NCBI RefSeq assembly: GCF_006345805.1
Contig: NW_021826815.1
Location: forward strand, 1 to 11,972
Direction: 5' to 3'
From: Octopus sinensis
Taxonomy: Eukaryota
Length of the DNA: 11,972 nucleotides
A model generated the notes under the pieces. That model did no database searches. It worked only from the letters and a program-made list of their open reading frames with translations, and was not told where the DNA came from. The position numbers and the translations under genes were made by a program. Positions 7,920 to 11,972 of the stretch are shown piece by piece. How positions within the stretch are numbered: position 1 is the stretch's first letter; each line of letters opens with the position of its first letter.

Positions 7920-8485
7920 GAGTGAATGAGTGAGTGGGCAGTGCAAGCCATCAAAGTGACTCTACAGAACAAATATACGAAGCGAAATATGCCCATCATG
8001 AATGCCCGTCTGAAAATGGTACACCAGGCATGTGCACGACGACCATATTATGTACGCGACATGAGGATTTCACATAAAGCTAAAAAGAGCATGACTTTCC
8101 AGACGGGACCCAATTAGAATTTTCTTCAAGTCGAGTAAGCCTTTCTCGCTCGAAAACACCCTGAGTAAGGTTTATCTAAGGAAGATGACCCCGAAACAGC
8201 CATGTTTCCAGAAGTGAATTATTCAAACCCCAAAGAAATTTTCTCAACACATGATTGTGATGCTCGTCCTCTACTTCTGCTCAAGATCAGAGATTCACAT
8301 ATCGTCAACCATTAAGGGACATGCTCAACTGATTAAGGACAAACAGCTAACAAGCAAATGTATGGTATTGAACAGAATTTTTGTTGTAGCCCAAATTTTG
8401 TACCAAGACAAAACATGTACATGATAATACTTCCAATCAGTTAAGATTAGGAGATATCAGAGCCACTGTCTGGTATTGCATCAAC
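7920..8485 (-). mobile_element. probable interspersed repeat, likely the 3' part of a non-LTR element ending in (AAT)n
   Basis: Resembles, from memory only, a high-copy Octopus repeat that usually abuts (ATT)n. There is no second copy in the window and no convincing ORF, so family and strand are inferred. Confidence 0.4.
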
Positions 8486-8605
8486 GCATACTATGTGGTA
8501 TTACATCAGTGCATTCTGGCTAGTGTTGCAGCAGGACGTTCAATGAGGTCAGCAGATAGAGGAACTGATAAACTAAATGATATTGTTAGATAAATCGTAT
8601 CGTAT

Positions 8606-8993
8606 GGAATGGAAGCACTCCGTCGGTTACGACGATGAGAGTTCCGGTTGATCCGAATCAATGGAACAGCCTGCTCGTGAAATTAACGTGTAAGTGGCTG
8701 AGCACTCCACAGACACGTGCACCCTTAACGTATTTCTCGGGGATATTCAGCGTGACACAGAGAGTGACAAGGCCGGCCCCTTGAAATACAGGTACAACAG
8801 AAACAGGAAGTAAGAGTGAAAGAAAGTTGTGGTGAAAGAGTACAGCAAGGATCACCACCATCCCCTGCCGGAGCCTCGTGGAGCTTTTAGGTGTTTTCGC
8901 TCAATAAACACTCACAACGCCCGGTCTGGGAATGGAAACCGCGATCCTATGACCGCGAGTCCGCTACCCTAACCACTGGGCCATTGCGCCTCC
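8606..8993 (-). mobile_element. F3 SINE, full length, tail type 1, with target-site duplication
   Basis: Reverse complement of the 3140 family, retaining a 21 nt segment missing from the copies at 2806 and 3140. GTATCGTAT is duplicated at 8597-8605 and 8995-9003. Confidence 0.93.
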
Positions 8994-9134
8994 TGTATCG
9001 TATAACCATTAGCTGAAGCAGATAACAAAAAATTTATAAAACTTTTAAAAGTAAACCGATATGGTCGAATGAATTCACTCGCTGCTATGGTAAATAAAAA
9101 TTAAGAATTTGAATTTGAAAATATGGCTGAAAAA

Positions 9135-9573
9135 TGTTTCAGTTATTTGACTGTGGCCATGCTGGAGCACCGCTTTAGTCGAAGAAATCGAGCCCAGGAC
9201 TTATTCATTGTAAACGTAGTACTTATTCTATCGGTCTCTTCTGCCGAATCGCTAAGTTACGGGGACGTAAACACACCAACATCGGTTGTCAAGCGATGCT
9301 GGGGGACAAACACAGACATACAACCATATACGAACGCACACATACACACGTATACACACACACACACACCACCACACATATATATATATTATATATATAT
9401 ACATATATACGACGGGCTTCTTTCAGTTTCCGTCTACCAAATCCAATCACAAGGCTTTGGTAGGCCGAGGCTATAGCAGAAGACACTTGCCCAAGATGCC
9501 ACGCAGTGGGACTGAACCCGGAACCATGTGGTTGGTAAGCAAGCTACTTACCACACAACCACTCCTGCGCCTA
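9135..9573 (-). mobile_element. F2 SINE, full length
   Basis: Reverse complement of 2343-2761 along its whole length, including the A and B boxes and the internal microsatellite. Confidence 0.93.
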
Positions 9574-9587
9574 TAAAGGATAGGAAG

Positions 9588-9707
9588 ACGCTTACAGCAC
9601 CTAGGTTTCCCAAGCGCTCACCCATCTAAGTACTAACTAGGTTCGACGTTGCTTAACTTCGGTGATCGGACGTGAACCGGTGCTTTCAACGTGATATGGC
9701 CGTAAAC
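9588..9707 (-). rRNA. 5S_rRNA: 5S rRNA copy, full length (~120 nt); probably a dispersed pseudogene or orphon
   Basis: Minus strand reads GTTTACGGCCATATCACGTTGAAAGCACCGGTTCACGTCCGATCACCGAAGTTAAGCAACGTCGAACCTAGTTAGTACTTAGATGGGTGAGCGCTTGGGAAACCTAGGTGCTGTAAGCGT. Helix I (GTTTACGG/CTGTAAGC) and ACCTAG/CTAGGT pair. Box A (AGTTAAGC) is intact and box C reads TTAGATGGG rather than the usual TTGGATGGG. There is no T4 terminator and no tandem neighbour. Confidence 0.93.
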
Positions 9708-9726
9708 TGATATGGCCGTAATTATT

Positions 9727-9946
9727 GTGATGGTTTGTTGCCAACTTAATGTGGCGGTCCCAGAAAGGGAAAAATGCTATTGCTATTTAGCCCCAGGAAA
9801 CACCGTCTCCAGTTGGTCATGTGACATAAAGACACAGAACGCTTGTGTCACATGGCCAACTGGAAACGGTGTTTCCTGGGGCTAAATAGCAGTAGCATTT
9901 TCCCCTTTCCTGGGGCTGTCACATTAAGTTAACAACAAACCATCAC
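9727..9946. mobile_element. fold-back/MITE-like element with ~100 bp inverted arms
   Basis: 9727-9826 is the reverse complement of 9846-9946 at roughly 90% by manual alignment, with a 19 bp loop. TTATTGTG occurs at 9722-9729 and 9948-9955, a possible 8 bp target duplication with ambiguous boundaries. Confidence 0.82.
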
Positions 9947-10164
9947 TTTATTGTGCTGCTACTGTATAAATCTCTCTGAGAGATTTGGAAATGAAATATT
10001 TCTAATTTATTTAGATATTATTAAAATATTAACATTTAATTATTCAATTAGTAATGTGAAATTTGAAATTTTTCTTTAATATATTTGGTAGAGAAATCAT
10101 CCAACCAAATCATTTAGTTCCTTAGGTATTGATTTAGATGTCTTGCAAACAACTTGCACATGCA

Positions 10165-10680
10165 AGTGCTACCAGTTAAAAGCTCCGTATACCTGAAGCT
10201 AGCAGTGTATGGGGTCATCAGGAGAGAATGCGCGCCGTTTCGGGGCCTACCTCTCGACGGCATCAATGCGCACCGGCCCCCCTCACTGATATGAGGCCCC
10301 GCTTGCTAGATCAGCTCGTTATGAAGAACTCAATATACTTCTAGCCATCGCTCATCGTCTCTTTTTAGCCAAATCTAGTGGCTAGCCTTCTCCACTGTAG
10401 ATTGGATATCAGTCATGGTGGTATTGACTTTACGATGAGTTAAGCCTATCGATAACAACAGTCGTCTCGCGCTGTGTCCAACAAACCCTCTACATCCGAC
10501 TTCGATAGGAAAATGTTCCGCTTTCCAGCCTGCGTCTTCACATTCCTCGAGGACTTTATATGAGACGCCATCACCTCCTGGGGCAGTCTTTGCTCTAGCT
10601 TTTCTAACGCAGTCATTCACCTCTCTCTCCCTGATGTCCCAAATCTGGAATTCGATATCAGGTCCTGAGAGATGATTTAG
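10165..10680 (-). mobile_element. internally deleted RLE-type non-LTR retrotransposon (HERO-like, R2 group)
   Basis: The minus frame reads GPDIEFQIWDIREREVNDCVRKARAKTAPGGDGVSYKV (start of the RT region) joined to LEECEDAGWKAEHFPIEVGCRGFVGHS...VEKASH*IWLKRDDERWLEVY*. GW....P(I/V)EVGCRGF and AS.W.W.KR are C-terminal motifs of HERO-clade restriction-like endonucleases. A TGG-to-TAG stop lies at 10375-10377 and the native stop at 10330-10332. A GC-rich 3' UTR follows. Confidence 0.8.
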
Positions 10681-10928
10681 CCCATGTAGAGTTTCAAAAT
10701 TTATAGCTCAATTTTGTCAATAGTCATGTGACCTATCATATAACACATCATGTGACCCATCCTTCGTTTTATCCAATCTGTCAATGATGTTTGTTTTTCA
10801 GTGGGCCCTTATAAAACAAGTGCAACATCGAATTTTCCGAAACCTTTGCTTCCAAAGCAATTCCGGATTACTGATTTTTCCGAACCAACGGTGATCACAC
10901 TCTAAATTAATCAAATACTAAATTTATA

Positions 10929-11063
10929 TAGGCGTGGCTGTCGATCTCATGGTTTCAGGTTCAGTCTACAGCGTGGCCACTGGGGCGAATGTTTTCCATT
11001 ATAGTTTCGAACCGTCGAAACTTTCGTGAGTGGATCTGGTAGACAGAAACTGAAAGAAGCCTA
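10929..11063 (+). mobile_element. old, diverged F2 SINE, 5' half
   Basis: TAGGCG..GGTTTCAGGTTCAGTC..GTGAGTGGATCTGGTAGACAGAAACTGAAAGAAGCC is collinear with 2343-2505. Confidence 0.7.
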
Positions 11064-11072
11064 TCACATGAG

Positions 11073-11220
11073 ACCTTGGGCAAGTGTTTTCTACTAAAGT
11101 CTCGGGCCGACCAAAGTCTTGTGAGGGGATTTGGTAGACGGAAACTGAAAGAAGCCCGTCGTATATATATATATATGTGTGTGTGTGGTGTGTGTGTGTG
11201 TGGGTGTGTGTGTGTGTATC
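11073..11220 (+). mobile_element. less diverged F2 SINE internal fragment
   Basis: ACCTTGGGCAAGTG...CGGGCCGACCAAAG.CTTGTGAG..GATTTGGTAGACGGAAACTGAAAGAAGCCCGTCG followed by (TA)/(GT). Confidence 0.8.
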
Positions 11221-11295
11221 TATATATGTATTTGGAAAAGGGTAAAGAATAGTGGGAGAAGAGGAGGTAAAAGAATAAGAGAAAGTAAGGGAGGT

Positions 11296-11420
11296 ATACA
11301 TACATACATACATAATACAGACATACATAATACATACATACATACATACATACATAATACATACATAATACATGCATACATACATACATACATACATACA
11401 TACATACATACATACATACA

Positions 11421-11451
<31 letters not shown>

Positions 11452-11460
11452 TTACATACA
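11296..11460. repeat. (TACA)n tetranucleotide microsatellite
   Basis: Visible directly in the sequence. Confidence 0.96.
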
Positions 11461-11672
11461 TAGGAGAGATGCTGAAAAGTTCCTGGCTTTGGGTAAAAGA
11501 AAATACCAGAGGATCGGTTAATTATGATTTTATTCAATATTTTCCACCTTCAGGTTCATACACTTATTGCACCGGTCCTTCTAATCCCTATAAAAGGACT
11601 CAGAAGATTGGACCTCTAGCCAGGCCTTTTGCGAAACTCTGAAAGCCAAGGATTTTTCAGCACTCCCTTGTA
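11457..11672 (-). mobile_element. mariner-derived non-autonomous element (MITE)
   Basis: TIRs are GATGCTGAAAAGTTCCTGGCTTT (left) and AAAGCCAAGGATTTTTCAGCAC (right), with a terminal TA at 11671-11672. The minus strand keeps KDRCNKCMNLK plus a frameshifted (G)EY.E*, resembling the RW.KC...G.Y.E end of mariner transposases. Confidence 0.75.
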
Positions 11673-11686
11673 TCTATAGCAGTATT

Positions 11687-11898
11687 TGTGTGTGTGTGTG
11701 TGTGTGAGTATTTCGGTGTTTGTGCTTCTCCCTTCATCATCTGACAACCGGTTTCAACTCTGATGCGTCTCCGTAACACAGGGGATCAGCAAAAGCCGAC
11801 AGAACAAGTCCCAGACTTGAAAATAGGTAATAACCCCCCACAAGGCAATGCTCCAGCATGGCCGCAGTCCAGTGACTGTTACAAAGCAAAGGAGCAAA
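11687..11898 (+). mobile_element. old, diverged F2 SINE, 3' half
   Basis: (GT)n, then TGACAACCG, CCGTAAC, CAAAAG.CCGA and GCTCCAGCATGGCCGCAGTC..TGACTG, collinear with 2530-2740. Confidence 0.7.
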
Positions 11899-11972
11899 AG
11901 TGTTTATATGAAAAATCGTATTTGTACACGAAAAACACTACATGTATACGAAAAATCGGAAATATATGTTAA

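Noticed and set aside
7505-7999. 164 aa ORF as a single protein with poly-Ile
   Set aside because: It is a chance fusion of three elements: unrelated repeat, (ATT)20 with the SINE tail, and the LINE ORF2 C-terminus. Only about 7505-7800 is coding-derived.

Overview
Eukaryotic non-coding DNA, almost certainly from an octopus (genus Octopus inferred from my recognition of its abundant tRNA-derived SINE families and its AT/CA/TACA microsatellite load; no search was run). No intact protein-coding gene is supported, and most ORFs in the track are translated microsatellites or SINEs. The window is a mosaic of: at least four tRNA-headed SINE families (called F1-F4 here; about 14 full or partial copies, with heads and tails swapped between families); the 3' end of a CR1/L2-group LINE (7420-7800, -); an internally deleted restriction-like-endonuclease (HERO-like, R2 group) retrotransposon (10165-10680, -); two Tc1/mariner-type MITEs; two related AT-rich hairpin elements; a ~65% GC fold-back (3797-4022); and a full-length, terminator-less 5S rRNA copy (9588-9707, -) lying 14 bp upstream of a full-length SINE on the same strand. 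Most worth following up: the possible 5S+SINE read-through unit, the GC-rich fold-back beside an isolated LINE 3' tail, a 145 bp local duplication with a chimeric SINE, and the in-frame RT-to-endonuclease deletion.
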